From Candidatus Caldarchaeales archaeon (GTDB lineage Archaea; Thermoproteota; Nitrososphaeria_A; Caldarchaeales; Wolframiiraptoraceae), in the NCBI GenBank assembly GCA_039630055.1, contig JBCNVN010000005.1, positions 1-52,357 of the forward strand: 52,357 nt of DNA, given 5' to 3'. This document shows positions 39,208 through 49,945 of this stretch, one piece after another. The notes below the pieces were generated by a model that worked only from the letters and a program-made list of their open reading frames with translations, made no database searches and was not told the DNA's origin. Position 1 is the first letter of the stretch. Each line of letters opens with the position of its first letter. The position numbers were made by a program, and so were the translations under genes.

Positions 39208-39304
39208 ATATGCTATAGGCGGGATTTAAAAAGATTGAATAAAATGGAGGATCCAATCCTTAAAGCTGAAATCTTTTTATTGAGATAGTTACCTACTTAT
39301 CCCG

Positions 39305-40630
39305 ATGGATTATATCGATAGACTGATCTCCATGGCCCTAGAACTAGGAGGGACAGATGCGGTTATTGAAGTCTATAAAGGGTTGACCAAGATGATAAGA
39401 TTCTCAAACAATGAGGTAACCGTCGTTAAAGAGATGGTGGAGGAGAAGGCGGCGGTCTATGTTGCGATAAGGGAGAAGAGGGCCATACTTGAGGTAAACG
39501 ATACTTCGAGACCGGTGTTAAAGAAAGCGATTAGAGATGTGGTAGAGATGGCGGAGAGGAGTCAGCCTTCCGACACTTATGCACCATTACCTAGAGGACC
39601 ATTCAGATACGATCCAGAACTTTTAAAGAGTGGTAAGATCGAAGGTTCCCCCGAGAAACTTGTAGAATATATTGAATCGGCTATAAACTCTGCTCTCAGT
39701 GAAGGTGCGATCAGAGTTTCAGGAACACTAACCTATACCAACGGTAAAAGAATGCTTAAGACGAGCGGTGGAGCTGAGGCCACGTCTAAATCCTCTAGCA
39801 TATCCATCTCGGTAAGAGCTTTCGCATCGGATGATGCATCAGGTCACTTTGTCTCCATAGCATCTGATGAAGCCATGTTTAACCCTGAGATAGCTGGAAA
39901 GAAAGCTGGAGAGATAGCAAAGCTTGCTGTAAATCCAATAGAGTGCGAGCCAGGCGTCTACGAAGCACTACTCGGCCCTATGTTCTTCGCAGACATATTA
40001 GAGAATGTTGGAGAAGCTGCCTCCGCATTCTATGTAGATGCCGGGACATCCTTTCTATCCGATAATATAGGCAAAGAGGTAGCCTCAAAGGTTTTGACCC
40101 TGGTAGATGATCCAACTATTCCGAGAACAGTTGGGTCTGAAGCCTTCGACGATGAAGGTCTACCCACTAGAAGAAATATTATAATAGATTCGGGAGTATT
40201 GAAGACATATCTCCACAACTCCACCACCGCTAAAAAGTTCGGGGTAGAGTCTACCGCTAACGCAGGGTTGATAGTTCCTAGACCGTTCAATCTGGTAGTT
40301 GAAGGTGATGGAAAGACCTTGGATAGCTTAATCTCTGGAATAGATAATGGAATTTATGTTACCAACAACTGGTATCTCAGATATCAGAATTATAGAACTG
40401 GAGACTTCTCAACCCTTCCAAGAGACGGAATGTTCAGAGTGAAGAAGGGGGGCATTGAGTATCCTATTAAAAATCTCAGGATAAGTGATAACATGCTCAG
40501 CCTACTAAAGAGTATTAGAGATGTCGGAAAGGAGAGGTACTGGATTACATGGTGGGAGGTTGAAAGACCCGTATACTCTACCTATGCTGTTCTGGACCAG
40601 CTAACATTCACCAAACCCTTCATTAGATAA
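39305..40630 (+). CDS. TldD/PmbA family protein (PmbA/TldE-like)
   Basis: IRFSNN, FDDEGLPT, GVLKTYLH and GDFS motifs; no HExxxH. Confidence 0.9.
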   Translation: MDYIDRLISMALELGGTDAVIEVYKGLTKMIRFSNNEVTVVKEMVEEKAAVYVAIREKRAILEVNDTSRPVLKKAIRDVVEMAERSQPSDTYAPLPRGPFRYDPELLKSGKIEGSPEKLVEYIESAINSALSEGAIRVSGTLTYTNGKRMLKTSGGAEATSKSSSISISVRAFASDDASGHFVSIASDEAMFNPEIAGKKAGEIAKLAVNPIECEPGVYEALLGPMFFADILENVGEAASAFYVDAGTSFLSDNIGKEVASKVLTLVDDPTIPRTVGSEAFDDEGLPTRRNIIIDSGVLKTYLHNSTTAKKFGVESTANAGLIVPRPFNLVVEGDGKTLDSLISGIDNGIYVTNNWYLRYQNYRTGDFSTLPRDGMFRVKKGGIEYPIKNLRISDNMLSLLKSIRDVGKERYWITWWEVERPVYSTYAVLDQLTFTKPFIR

Positions 40631-40686
40631 TCTGATATCATATTCGAGATCGTCATCGTATAGTAAGGTTTTGATAAGGATCTGGC

Positions 40687-40827
40687 TTACTCGAGACTTC
40701 TTCTAGAAGCTTCTCTAACCTCTCTCTTCAACTCTTCCAGCTTCTTCTCTACTTCTTTCTTCAACCTTATCTCTAATTCTCTAAACTCTTTCTCTATCTT
40801 TTCCTCAGCTCTAGACTTTAAGTTCAG
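40687..40827 (-). CDS. 46-aa charged coiled-coil ORF overlapping the atpD end; possible small A-ATPase stalk subunit (CTG start)
   Basis: LNLKSRAEEKIEKEFRELEIRLKKEVEKKLEELKREVREASRRSLE; GGAGGAGG SD a few nt before the CTG. Confidence 0.5.
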   Translation of the reverse strand: MNLKSRAEEKIEKEFRELEIRLKKEVEKKLEELKREVREASRRSLE

Positions 40828-41479
40828 CCCTCTCCTCCTCCATAAACTTTCTCAACTCAAGTACATTCTTTACATGTTTTAGTTTCACGAATTCTTCTCT
40901 CTCCCTCTCCTCGATGGTCATAGAGATGAATTTTATCGCTTCCTCATATCTAGGAATAACAATATGTTCAAGAGCATTTAATAGTCTCTGAGTCTTCTTT
41001 AATTCTTCTGCTAGTCTAAATATCGTGTTCTCTATCTCAGCCGCCTCACATATACTCGATATCAGATCTCTAAACCTCTTTGAAGCATCATCAAGATTCA
41101 CATCAGTATCTTTGAATCCGTATATTAGTTGTGGCTCAGCCAGTTTCGCCTCTAGCGATGGTATCCTTATCCCCAGGATCGTCTTCAAATGTATGTCTGC
41201 CTCGATCGTCTCAGGAACCATGGCAGCGATAGAGTCTACCGTTGAGATCCCGAGGCTCATATAAGCTTTTGAGAGGCTTATGAATGCTTCTCTGAGAGGT
41301 TGATATAATCTAACCCTCGCTTGCTCCGCCCTCTCGATCATCTCATTCAACTTATTTATCAAGACATCCCTCTTATCTTCAAGAATTCTATGAACATTTC
41401 TAGCAACAGCGAGTGAACGTCTAATCTTGATCAACTCCAACTTTGTTGGAAGAAATTTTCCACCAAAACTAACAGACAT
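40811..41479 (-). CDS. atpD: A/V-type ATP synthase subunit D
   Basis: PTKLELI, LEDKRD.L and KTQRLLNALE..VIP...EEREREEF..LK motifs. Confidence 0.95.
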   Translation of the reverse strand: MSVSFGGKFLPTKLELIKIRRSLAVARNVHRILEDKRDVLINKLNEMIERAEQARVRLYQPLREAFISLSKAYMSLGISTVDSIAAMVPETIEADIHLKTILGIRIPSLEAKLAEPQLIYGFKDTDVNLDDASKRFRDLISSICEAAEIENTIFRLAEELKKTQRLLNALEHIVIPRYEEAIKFISMTIEEREREEFVKLKHVKNVLELRKFMEEERAELKV

Positions 41480-41729
41480 TATCTTCTAATATCCCAGAGT
41501 ATAGACTATCACATAAAGATATTCTTTACAAGATTACATCTGGAGAGTCTTAGAAGGCTTAGCATCGGATAAGACCTCAGTCAAAAAGAAATATTCTACT
41601 GAGAGATCTATATCGACCAATCGATCTAGTATTTAATCGACCGTAGATCTCCTCTTCTATGAATTTACTCGAGTAATATTTCCAAAAGTATAATAGGAGA
41701 AGATGCGTTGTTCTTTTTGGTGGTGGAGA

Positions 41730-41822
41730 ATGGGTGGAAGACAGGTTAATCCCTATCTACCGACAGGTCAAAGTGGTGGAGAAGAGAAGAAAAAGAAGCA
41801 GAAGAAGAAAGAGAAAGAGTAA
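41730..41822 (+). CDS. Putative 30-aa basic microprotein (alternative start 41703)
   Basis: MGGRQVNPYLPTGQSGGEEKKKKQKKKEKE with GGTGGTGG SD. Stop lies 17 nt from the convergent atpB stop. Confidence 0.4.
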   Translation: MGGRQVNPYLPTGQSGGEEKKKKQKKKEKE

Positions 41823-41839
41823 GCATCTAAGATCTATGG

Positions 41840-43234
41840 TTAGGACCCCGCTCTCCTATAATATTTCTTCAAAGTCTCTTCTTTAATTTTCGTCAATTCA
41901 GATTCTGGAAATATGGAAAATATATTCCATGCGATGTCTAGCGTCTCATCTAGAGACCTATTCTCTTCATATCCCTGGTTGAGGAACTTCCACTCGAATA
42001 GATCTCCAAACTCTAAATATTTTAAGTCTATATCGCTCAGCCCAGATTTTCCAACTATCTCTGAGAGAGCTCTTAGCTGGACAGCTCTAGCATAGCTGGC
42101 ATATAACTGGTTGCTTACCTCTCCATGGTCTATCCTAGTCCTCTTCTCCGCTATGATTCCAGGCCCCATCAACCTTGATAAACTCATCAATACATTTATC
42201 GGTGGATAGATGCCCTTCCTATATAGGTCTCTGCTAAGAACAAGCTGACCCTCCGTAATATATCCAGTCAAGTCTGGTATGGGATGGGTGATATCATCGC
42301 TCGGCATGGTTAAGATCGGCATCTGGGTTAGAGAGCCTCTCCTACCCTTAATCCTACCAGCTCTCTCATGGATAGTAGCAAGGTCTGTGTACATGTAGCC
42401 TGGATAACCCTTTCTACCTGGAACCTCTTCTCTTGCAGAGCTTATCTCTCGTAGACTCTCACAATAATTTGTCATATCCGTGATTATAACCAGGACATGG
42501 TAATCTTTCTCGAATGCAAGATATTCTGCTAATGTTAAAGCCGCTCTAGGGGTTATGATCCTCTCGACAGCAGGGTCATCCGCCAAGTTCAAGAAGAGAG
42601 CGCTACGGGAGATCGCTCCACTATCCTCTAGGCTCCTTCTAAAGAATCTGGCCTCATCGTTCTGTACACCTACAGCAGCAAAGATCACTGCGAACTCTTC
42701 TTCCTTGCCTGGAACAGTTGCCTGTCTAGCTATCTGAGCGGCTAGGAGGTTGTGGGGTAACCCTGCTCCGCTGAATATTGGAAGCTTCTGCCCTCTTACT
42801 AAGCTATTCATACCGTCTATAGCTGAGATCCCAGTCTGGATGAAATCGCTTGGATAATCTCTCTCATTCGGATTTATTGGGTCGCCGTTGATATCTCTGT
42901 ACTCTTCTGCCACCGGGTCTGGTAAACCGTCGATAGGTCTTCCAAGTCCATCGAATATTCTTCCAAGCATATCTTCTGAGACTCCTAGCATCATGGGTTT
43001 TCCAAGAAATCTAGCTCTAGTCTCAGATATAGAGAGACCAAGAGTTCCCTCGAAGACTTGAACTACGGCTCTACCCATACCCACCTCTATAACCTTTCCA
43101 AGCCTCTTCTCTCCACTTGTAGTCTCCACTTCTACTAGCTCATCATATGATACTCCGCTGACATTGTCGATGACGATCAGTGGCCCTCTTATCTCTCTTA
43201 CGGTCGAGTATTCTACCCCAGCGGTTCTAGCCAC
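41840..43234 (-). CDS. atpB: A/V-type ATP synthase subunit B
   Basis: [28 protein letters not shown] and [15 protein letters not shown] motifs. Confidence 0.97.
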   Translation of the reverse strand: MARTAGVEYSTVREIRGPLIVIDNVSGVSYDELVEVETTSGEKRLGKVIEVGMGRAVVQVFEGTLGLSISETRARFLGKPMMLGVSEDMLGRIFDGLGRPIDGLPDPVAEEYRDINGDPINPNERDYPSDFIQTGISAIDGMNSLVRGQKLPIFSGAGLPHNLLAAQIARQATVPGKEEEFAVIFAAVGVQNDEARFFRRSLEDSGAISRSALFLNLADDPAVERIITPRAALTLAEYLAFEKDYHVLVIITDMTNYCESLREISSAREEVPGRKGYPGYMYTDLATIHERAGRIKGRRGSLTQMPILTMPSDDITHPIPDLTGYITEGQLVLSRDLYRKGIYPPINVLMSLSRLMGPGIIAEKRTRIDHGEVSNQLYASYARAVQLRALSEIVGKSGLSDIDLKYLEFGDLFEWKFLNQGYEENRSLDETLDIAWNIFSIFPESELTKIKEETLKKYYRRAGS

Positions 43235-43236
43235 TT

Positions 43237-45054
43237 CTATCTCCCTCCTATGGTGGCCGTAGGACTTACCGAGACCATCAAATTTCTAAATTCTTCTTCC
43301 ATCCTCTTCTCTAACTCCTCGAATAGTTCAAGCCTGTCATTATGTATAGTCGATTTAGATCTTATTATGTCAGCGATTAACTTCATAGCTCTAATATCTT
43401 TAAGCGGTATGCCTCTTTCCAGTGAATGGGATGCAAGCTTATAGAACTTCACGAATACTTTAAGCATCTTCAACTGTTTCTCAGGTCTACAGAAAGAGTC
43501 TACTTCATCATATGCAGACTGCTGTAGGAAGCCTTCTCTAATCATCCTGGCCACGTCTAAGATCAGCTTCTCATCATCTGGCAAGGCCTCTGGACCTAGA
43601 AGCCTTACTATCTCCAGTAGCTCATCTTCACGTCTAAGTATCTGATATAACTCTTGCCTCAGCCTACTCCAATCCTTATCCACTTTCTCCTCCCACCATC
43701 TTGAAACAGCCTCAACATATGCACTGTAAGATTGTATCCAGTTTATAGCTGGATAGTGTCTAGAGTATGCAAGATTTGGATCTAGAGCCCAGAAAACTCT
43801 AATAAATCTTAGAGTATGGGTTGTGACAGGCTCTGTAAAGTCTCCTCCAGGAGGCGATACCGCTCCAACTATCGTTACTGAGCCTATCCTCTCAGGGTTG
43901 CCGAGTGCTTTAACCCTTCCAGCCCTCTCATAAAACTCTGCAAGTCTAGAGCTGAGATAGCTTGGATATCCTTCTTCTGCGGGTAGCTCTTCCAGCCTTC
44001 CACTAATCTCTCTCAAAGCCTCTGCCCATCGACTGGTAGAATCAGCTACTAGTAGAACATCATAACCCATATCTCTATAATACTCGGCGATCGTTATACC
44101 AGTGTATATGCTTGCTTCTCTCGCAGCAACAGGCATATTGCTGGTATTAGCTATCAGTATAGTCCTCTCCATCAAGGGCTTGCCAGAGTATGGATCGATC
44201 ATCTCAGGAAACTTTGTAAGTATCTCGGACTCCTCGTTACCCCTCTCACCACAACCTATATGGAGTATGACCTTGGCATCACTCCACTTAGCAAGCTGGT
44301 GAAGGGTCACCGTCTTTCCAGTTCCGAATGCTCCAGGTATACATCCAGCTCCACCCTTCGCCATTGGAAATAATGTATCTAAAACTCTCTGACCGGTTAT
44401 CAATGGGATAATCGGGTCGAATCTCTCATCGAATGGTCTAGGCTGACGTACAGGCCATCTATGATACATCTTTAATAGTTCTTCTCCTGAATCTCTTTTT
44501 ATCGTAGCTATCGGTTCTTCAACTGAATATTCTCCTTCTTTAACTATTTCTACTATCTCTCCACCTCTGCTTGTCGGTGGAACCATTATCTTGTGTTGGA
44601 TTAATGATGTTTCTTCAACTACTCCAACAAGATCTCCTGGCTTAACCTTATCACCCTTCTTGACTATTGGGATGAACCTCCACTTCTTATCTAATGGTAT
44701 CGGTGGAACATGTACACCACGTTTAATAAATGAGCCTACTGCTCTCGCTATACCGATAAGTGGACGTTGGACACCATCATAGATGCTTCCCATCAATCCT
44801 GGACCTAGTGTTACAGTCAGCGGCTGACCCGTACCATGCACTGGCTCACCAGGTCTTAAACCACTAGTATTCTCATATACTTGTATGAAAGCTACATCTC
44901 CTGTAAGTTTTATAATCTCTCCGATAAGCCTTTCTTCACCGACATATACCGTCTCATACATTTTTGCTCCAAGCATACCCTCGGCACGGACAGCAGGCCC
45001 CGCAACCCATATTATCCTGCCCTTAACAGACATACCAGATATCTTCTTCTCCAT
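43237..45054 (-). CDS. atpA: A/V-type ATP synthase subunit A (no intein)
   Basis: GAFGTGKT Walker [21 protein letters not shown] and PAEEGYP motifs. Confidence 0.97.
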   Translation of the reverse strand: MEKKISGMSVKGRIIWVAGPAVRAEGMLGAKMYETVYVGEERLIGEIIKLTGDVAFIQVYENTSGLRPGEPVHGTGQPLTVTLGPGLMGSIYDGVQRPLIGIARAVGSFIKRGVHVPPIPLDKKWRFIPIVKKGDKVKPGDLVGVVEETSLIQHKIMVPPTSRGGEIVEIVKEGEYSVEEPIATIKRDSGEELLKMYHRWPVRQPRPFDERFDPIIPLITGQRVLDTLFPMAKGGAGCIPGAFGTGKTVTLHQLAKWSDAKVILHIGCGERGNEESEILTKFPEMIDPYSGKPLMERTILIANTSNMPVAAREASIYTGITIAEYYRDMGYDVLLVADSTSRWAEALREISGRLEELPAEEGYPSYLSSRLAEFYERAGRVKALGNPERIGSVTIVGAVSPPGGDFTEPVTTHTLRFIRVFWALDPNLAYSRHYPAINWIQSYSAYVEAVSRWWEEKVDKDWSRLRQELYQILRREDELLEIVRLLGPEALPDDEKLILDVARMIREGFLQQSAYDEVDSFCRPEKQLKMLKVFVKFYKLASHSLERGIPLKDIRAMKLIADIIRSKSTIHNDRLELFEELEKRMEEEFRNLMVSVSPTATIGGR

Positions 45055-46107
45055 CCCTTTATATATATTATAAAGTCATAAAAAATAGTAAAATCCAGGC
45101 CTGGCTTTCATTATATATATCAAGGAAGCATCAATACTTTCTCTAATGTTTCTCATGAAAGTTAGAGCCTTCATCATCTTACATAAAAAACTATCAATCT
45201 ATTTTCTATCAAGACTGGTCCAAGAACATCCATCCTATCTTTTTAAATGAATTATTTTCGAAGATTTACACCTATCAAACTCAATTACATACGATAGTCG
45301 GAGAATCGGTATTTCTCTTCAAGTTAAGATATTAACGGTATAAGCCTTTTTTAGACTTCTTCATCGGCTTACATCATTTCATTTATAGCTATCAATGTCG
45401 CATGGCAACTACTATCAGTCTCCGAGATAGTTCTAGTATTCATCTATGAGAACGAATTTTCGGGAAATGGTAGGATAACGTTTTAAGCTCTTTAAATGTA
45501 GTGTTAGCATCCCACTGTGACCAAATTGGAAGGTTTTCTCAATACCTCTAACTAATGCTTATGCATGATTTGGATGAATGACTTGGTGAGCATAGAGTAA
45601 TAGATGATCCTTTTAAGTACATGTGTGAAATCTTAAGAGAAGCTGAAACATGTATACACATGTTTAACTAAGATACTATGATGATGGTGTCGAGCGTAAG
45701 ATTATCAGGCTCCATATCATCGGAAGCGATTTCGATACCGTAGATCACTAGATTATCTTAAACATGGATGATGTGAAGCTATCTGAATTTACAAGTGGTG
45801 AAGCCTCAATGATCTTGTTAAGCTATATAACTCCTACACAATTTGCTATCTATATCTCAACTTGTTTTAAGAATATCTATAAGACCTCGAGAAGATTTGC
45901 TATCGGTATCTGGATAATAATCTTTGTAATCGTTTTTGCATTATGTTGTTTACTGGAGTTGCATGATTTTTACAGAATTTATCAGGAAAATTAGGGGAGC
46001 AAGTGATGATCAAAGAATATTAGAGATCGATTAAATAATGAGTATGTATAGTTAATTTAGAACTAGACTGGGCTGGTAATCTAAAGAGAAGGAGGTAATG
46101 TTTTATC

Positions 46108-47244
46108 ATGCATGATATTCGTCGAGATAAGCTCTCATTAGAGATGAAGTTGAATATTTCAGGATTTATAATTGGTTTAGGTCTTTCTACACATGCCTAT
46201 TTTATTCCCATCTTTCTTCAAGATCTTGGAGCTAATTATACTGTCATCGGACTGATAGGCAGCTTAAGATCGTTGCCTTATGCTATTATACCGATCTTCA
46301 CCGGTTTGATGATCGCTAGATATGATATGCGGAAGCTCTATCTTCTCGGCTCAATCTTATCTACCTTAGGGTTAATACTTCTATCAATCTCGCAGAATTT
46401 TATAGAGGTTGGGATAGCTAATCTTCTCCTAGGAATCTCAATGGTCTTCTATTGGCCTATGGCGGAATCTATAATAGCCGAGCTCTTCCCAGAAGAATCT
46501 AGGCAAAAGGTATACTCAAGCTTCTCCGCTTCATGGTCTATCGCATACTTCATAGGACCTATACTGGGTGGAGTTTTATCTGAATTAGTCGATCTTAGAA
46601 TATTGTTCACCGTTTCTGCAGTTATCTGTGGAGCAGCAGCCCCCTTCATCTATCTTATGGGTGAACAAAGGCTGAATGGCGAAGAGATGAAGTATAAGGA
46701 ATTGAAGAATATTATATACATCTGGCCAGTATACGTTGTAGTACTATTGTTCACATATGGTATGGCCTGCCTAATACTTCTTGCCCCATCATTTTTCTAT
46801 CAGAGAGGATGGAGTAGTCTGATGGTTGGGGCTGTCTTCACTGTGTTCGGGGTTGCAAGAACTATCTCATACATAATTGCAAGCAAGATTAGGAAGATGA
46901 ATGAAGTAAAAGTAATGTTCTTATCGATAGTGATACAGTCTTTAGCGATATTTATGCTAGCCTATACTTATCCTGAGATCGTCTTTCCAGCATTAGCTCT
47001 AGCCGGAGCGGTCAATGGTATGTACTTTGTAGCATCATTCAACATAATAAGCAGACGGGTCAAGACAGGATATAGAGGAGCATCGATAGGATTTATTGAA
47101 GGGATACTTGGAGCAGGATTTATCGTAGGACCTGGTTTAACAGGGTTCTTAATAGATTATGTAGGTGGAGAAGCTGCATTCACGATTACTTCAGTAATAA
47201 TTTTATCATCGATACCCTTTATACTGATTGTTAGGAAGATTTAA
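46108..47244 (+). CDS. MFS transporter
   Basis: About 12 TM helices in two halves with MFS-like GP..GG motifs. Start may be 46144. Confidence 0.88.
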   Translation: MHDIRRDKLSLEMKLNISGFIIGLGLSTHAYFIPIFLQDLGANYTVIGLIGSLRSLPYAIIPIFTGLMIARYDMRKLYLLGSILSTLGLILLSISQNFIEVGIANLLLGISMVFYWPMAESIIAELFPEESRQKVYSSFSASWSIAYFIGPILGGVLSELVDLRILFTVSAVICGAAAPFIYLMGEQRLNGEEMKYKELKNIIYIWPVYVVVLLFTYGMACLILLAPSFFYQRGWSSLMVGAVFTVFGVARTISYIIASKIRKMNEVKVMFLSIVIQSLAIFMLAYTYPEIVFPALALAGAVNGMYFVASFNIISRRVKTGYRGASIGFIEGILGAGFIVGPGLTGFLIDYVGGEAAFTITSVIILSSIPFILIVRKI

Positions 47245-47252
47245 GAAGATTA

Positions 47253-48320
47253 TTAGGTAGTCTCGGTGCTTAGACTACACATTGAAGAACTTTCTCTCAC
47301 AAATCTATTAAACACGGTCTCTGATATTACCTTGCACTCGTTAGCGATATATTCCAGAGACCATGAGACATATCTTGCTGATGGAAGAATTCTCGGGTCA
47401 CCTGATAATTCAAGACCAGTTCTACTCATCTTGATTCTTTCATCTACTTCTTTAATAACCTCATCTGCAAGCGTGATGTCTAAGCTGAAGAAAGCTTTCA
47501 TACATTTATCAAATATCTCTAATACTCTTTCAGCGGTCTTCTGAAGTTCTAAAGATACGTTCTTCTCAAACCATAATCCTCTCCTCTTCAAGTTTAAGCA
47601 TTCTAGAGAGATATCTTGAATATAGTCAGCGATCTCTTCAAGAGATTTAACTACTATCCTTGTTCCGACGACATAGAGTGGGCTATCTATCCCGAGGGCT
47701 TTACCAAGTTCTCTCCTTCTAAGATATGTGAAGAGAAGTCTTACTATCAGAAAGTATAATTCATCTATTCTCTCTTCTTGCTTACTAATGTTCTTAATAA
47801 TCGTCTCATCTCCTCTAGCTACCAGGTCGGCGACTTGACCTAGCATGGATGAAACCATTACTTGAACTCTCTTTAAAAGACCCTCAACAGGGAACTTACC
47901 AGGCTCTATAAAACTCTGTATAACTATACTCTGAGGATTGTGTTCTACTATCTCGAATGCAGGAAGCTTATCAACAGTCTTGGTTATCTCGGTGATCTGA
48001 TCTTCTGTAAATCCTGCCATTGACTGGATCTTAACCACACTATATCCTTGTATATAGCATCCTATCAACACTCTGCTAAGCTGGACAGATGAAGTACTCA
48101 GCTCAGCATTAATAGTCGCAGTTATTTCTCTCGGGATCTTTTTAGGGAGCTGGATCCTTAAAGATCCGTCTGGCTCTTCGATTATGGCCACTAGTTCACC
48201 TCTTTTTAACCCTTTCTCTATAACCCACTGCTTAGGCAATGTTATACTATAGGTCCCCTCACCAACCCTCTGTATTTTCCTAAACTGCTCGCTCACAGTC
48301 ATATCTATCCCTATATACAC
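47253..48320 (-). CDS. Archaeal AbrB-PhoU phosphate uptake regulator
   Basis: RKIQRVG..TY.ITLPK.W AbrB domain followed by PhoU repeats (E..IDELY, LEEIADY). Confidence 0.9.
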   Translation of the reverse strand: MYIGIDMTVSEQFRKIQRVGEGTYSITLPKQWVIEKGLKRGELVAIIEEPDGSLRIQLPKKIPREITATINAELSTSSVQLSRVLIGCYIQGYSVVKIQSMAGFTEDQITEITKTVDKLPAFEIVEHNPQSIVIQSFIEPGKFPVEGLLKRVQVMVSSMLGQVADLVARGDETIIKNISKQEERIDELYFLIVRLLFTYLRRRELGKALGIDSPLYVVGTRIVVKSLEEIADYIQDISLECLNLKRRGLWFEKNVSLELQKTAERVLEIFDKCMKAFFSLDITLADEVIKEVDERIKMSRTGLELSGDPRILPSARYVSWSLEYIANECKVISETVFNRFVRESSSMCSLSTETT

Positions 48321-48390
48321 ATATTTACACCTATTAGATAAGATTTATGAGGGGCTGATAATAAGGTAGTATAGGAGGTAGAGAGAAGGA

Positions 48391-48627
48391 ATGTTAATCG
48401 AGCAGCCTAAGATGTCTTTGAGGAGGAGTTATGCAAACGGGTATAAGTATTGTTCCAGGTGTAGAGTGTACTATTTAACGGAGAGCGTTCGATGCCCATA
48501 CTGTGGAATACTCTTGAGGAATTCTCCTAGAAAGAAGAAGTCTTTAAGGAATACTAAGACTGTCAAGGTTACGCCAGAGCTAGAGAAGGAGACGGCTAGA
48601 CTAGAGGTAACTATTAAGTCTAGTTGA
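48391..48627 (+). CDS. Small basic zinc-ribbon protein
   Basis: KYCSRC...RCPYCG.LLR..PR; GGAGG SD upstream. Confidence 0.7.
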   Translation: MLIEQPKMSLRRSYANGYKYCSRCRVYYLTESVRCPYCGILLRNSPRKKKSLRNTKTVKVTPELEKETARLEVTIKSS

Positions 48628-48713
48628 TAATCTATATATAGACTTTTCTCTATACAGTATTATCGTATCTTAATAGAGCCATCAGGTTAACTCTTAAGAA
48701 TCAGTAGAATATT

Positions 48714-49862
48714 ATGGAGAACGTGGCCTACATCGAGGAATATGTTACAAATATTGCTAGAACGCTGGTAAGAATAAATACGGAAAACCCCCCTGGAAGA
48801 GAGATAGAAGCCGCTAGTTTCATAGCTGAAGAATTATCCAAGATAGGGGTAAAAACAAAGATTGATAGATTCGAAGAGAATAGAGCAAACGTAATCGGCA
48901 TAATCGATAAATATGATGAGCCATCTATACTCTTGAACAGCCATCTAGATACGGTTCCAGCTGGAGATAGAGAGCTGTGGTCTACTCCACCATTCAATGG
49001 AGAGGTAAGAGATGGAAGAATACATGGTCGAGGATCTGTCGATGCAAAGGGGATTCTAGCCTCGATGATTGGAGCACTGAAGATCTTAGCTGATAAAGAC
49101 TGGCCAATAAGAGGTAAGATAGTGTTTGCAGCCGTGGCCGATGAGGAAGTTGAAGGGAAAGGTATAAGGAAGCTGATTAGTAGTGGTTTGAGGGTTGATT
49201 ATGCAGTAGTCGGTGAGCCGACTTCGCTCAGAGTCTGCATAGCCCATAAAGGTAGACTGGTGATTGAAGTAGACCTTCTAGGTAGGTCTGCACATGCAAG
49301 TATACCCAGCAAAGGTAGCAATGCAATCTACTATGCTTCTAAATTCATCGAGAAAGTTCAGAGAATAAGGTTTATGGAGAGACATCGGTTGCTGGGATAT
49401 CCAACATGCAGTCCAACCATCATTAGAGGTGGAGTAAAGGATAACGTTATACCAGATAAATGCACCGTAACTTTAGATATAAGAACATTGCCCACTATGA
49501 GAGTAGAAGAAATAGTTAGTAAGCTCAAGAAATTATTGGAGAAGATAATACTAGGGAAAAGCTATCTTCTCAGAATTGTAAATTACATCCCTCCTGCCGA
49601 GACATCTCCTGATAACATCTTGGTGAAGAAGGCTTTAGAATCAGTTTACGAGGTAACGATGAAGAAGAGTAGGCCTGGAGGGCTCCAGGCTACGTGTGAT
49701 ATGAGCTTTCTAGTAAATCGAGCAAGAATACCTACGATCATCTTAGGGCCTGGAAAGATAGAGGATGCTCATATTGTAGATGAATCTATAGAGGTTAGTG
49801 AGCTGGTGAAAGCCTCCATTATATACACCAAGATCTTAGAGAAGCTATTAGGGATGAAATAA
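48714..49862 (+). CDS. M20 family metallopeptidase/deacylase (ArgE/DapE-like)
   Basis: SHLDTV, GRGSVDAKG, DEE, GEPT, G.SAHAS and AH..DE motifs. Confidence 0.93.
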   Translation: MENVAYIEEYVTNIARTLVRINTENPPGREIEAASFIAEELSKIGVKTKIDRFEENRANVIGIIDKYDEPSILLNSHLDTVPAGDRELWSTPPFNGEVRDGRIHGRGSVDAKGILASMIGALKILADKDWPIRGKIVFAAVADEEVEGKGIRKLISSGLRVDYAVVGEPTSLRVCIAHKGRLVIEVDLLGRSAHASIPSKGSNAIYYASKFIEKVQRIRFMERHRLLGYPTCSPTIIRGGVKDNVIPDKCTVTLDIRTLPTMRVEEIVSKLKKLLEKIILGKSYLLRIVNYIPPAETSPDNILVKKALESVYEVTMKKSRPGGLQATCDMSFLVNRARIPTIILGPGKIEDAHIVDESIEVSELVKASIIYTKILEKLLGMK

Positions 49863-49945
49863 TAATATAACGAGTTAGATCCTGAATTGGAGGAGAATAG
49901 GTTTAAAGTTAGGTATTGGTGTCAGGAAATCGTTGTATATCATCT

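Noticed and set aside
48391-48627. Zinc-ribbon ORF as RNA polymerase subunit P
   Set aside because: Cys spacing, flanks and gene context do not fit RpoP well; left as hypothetical.
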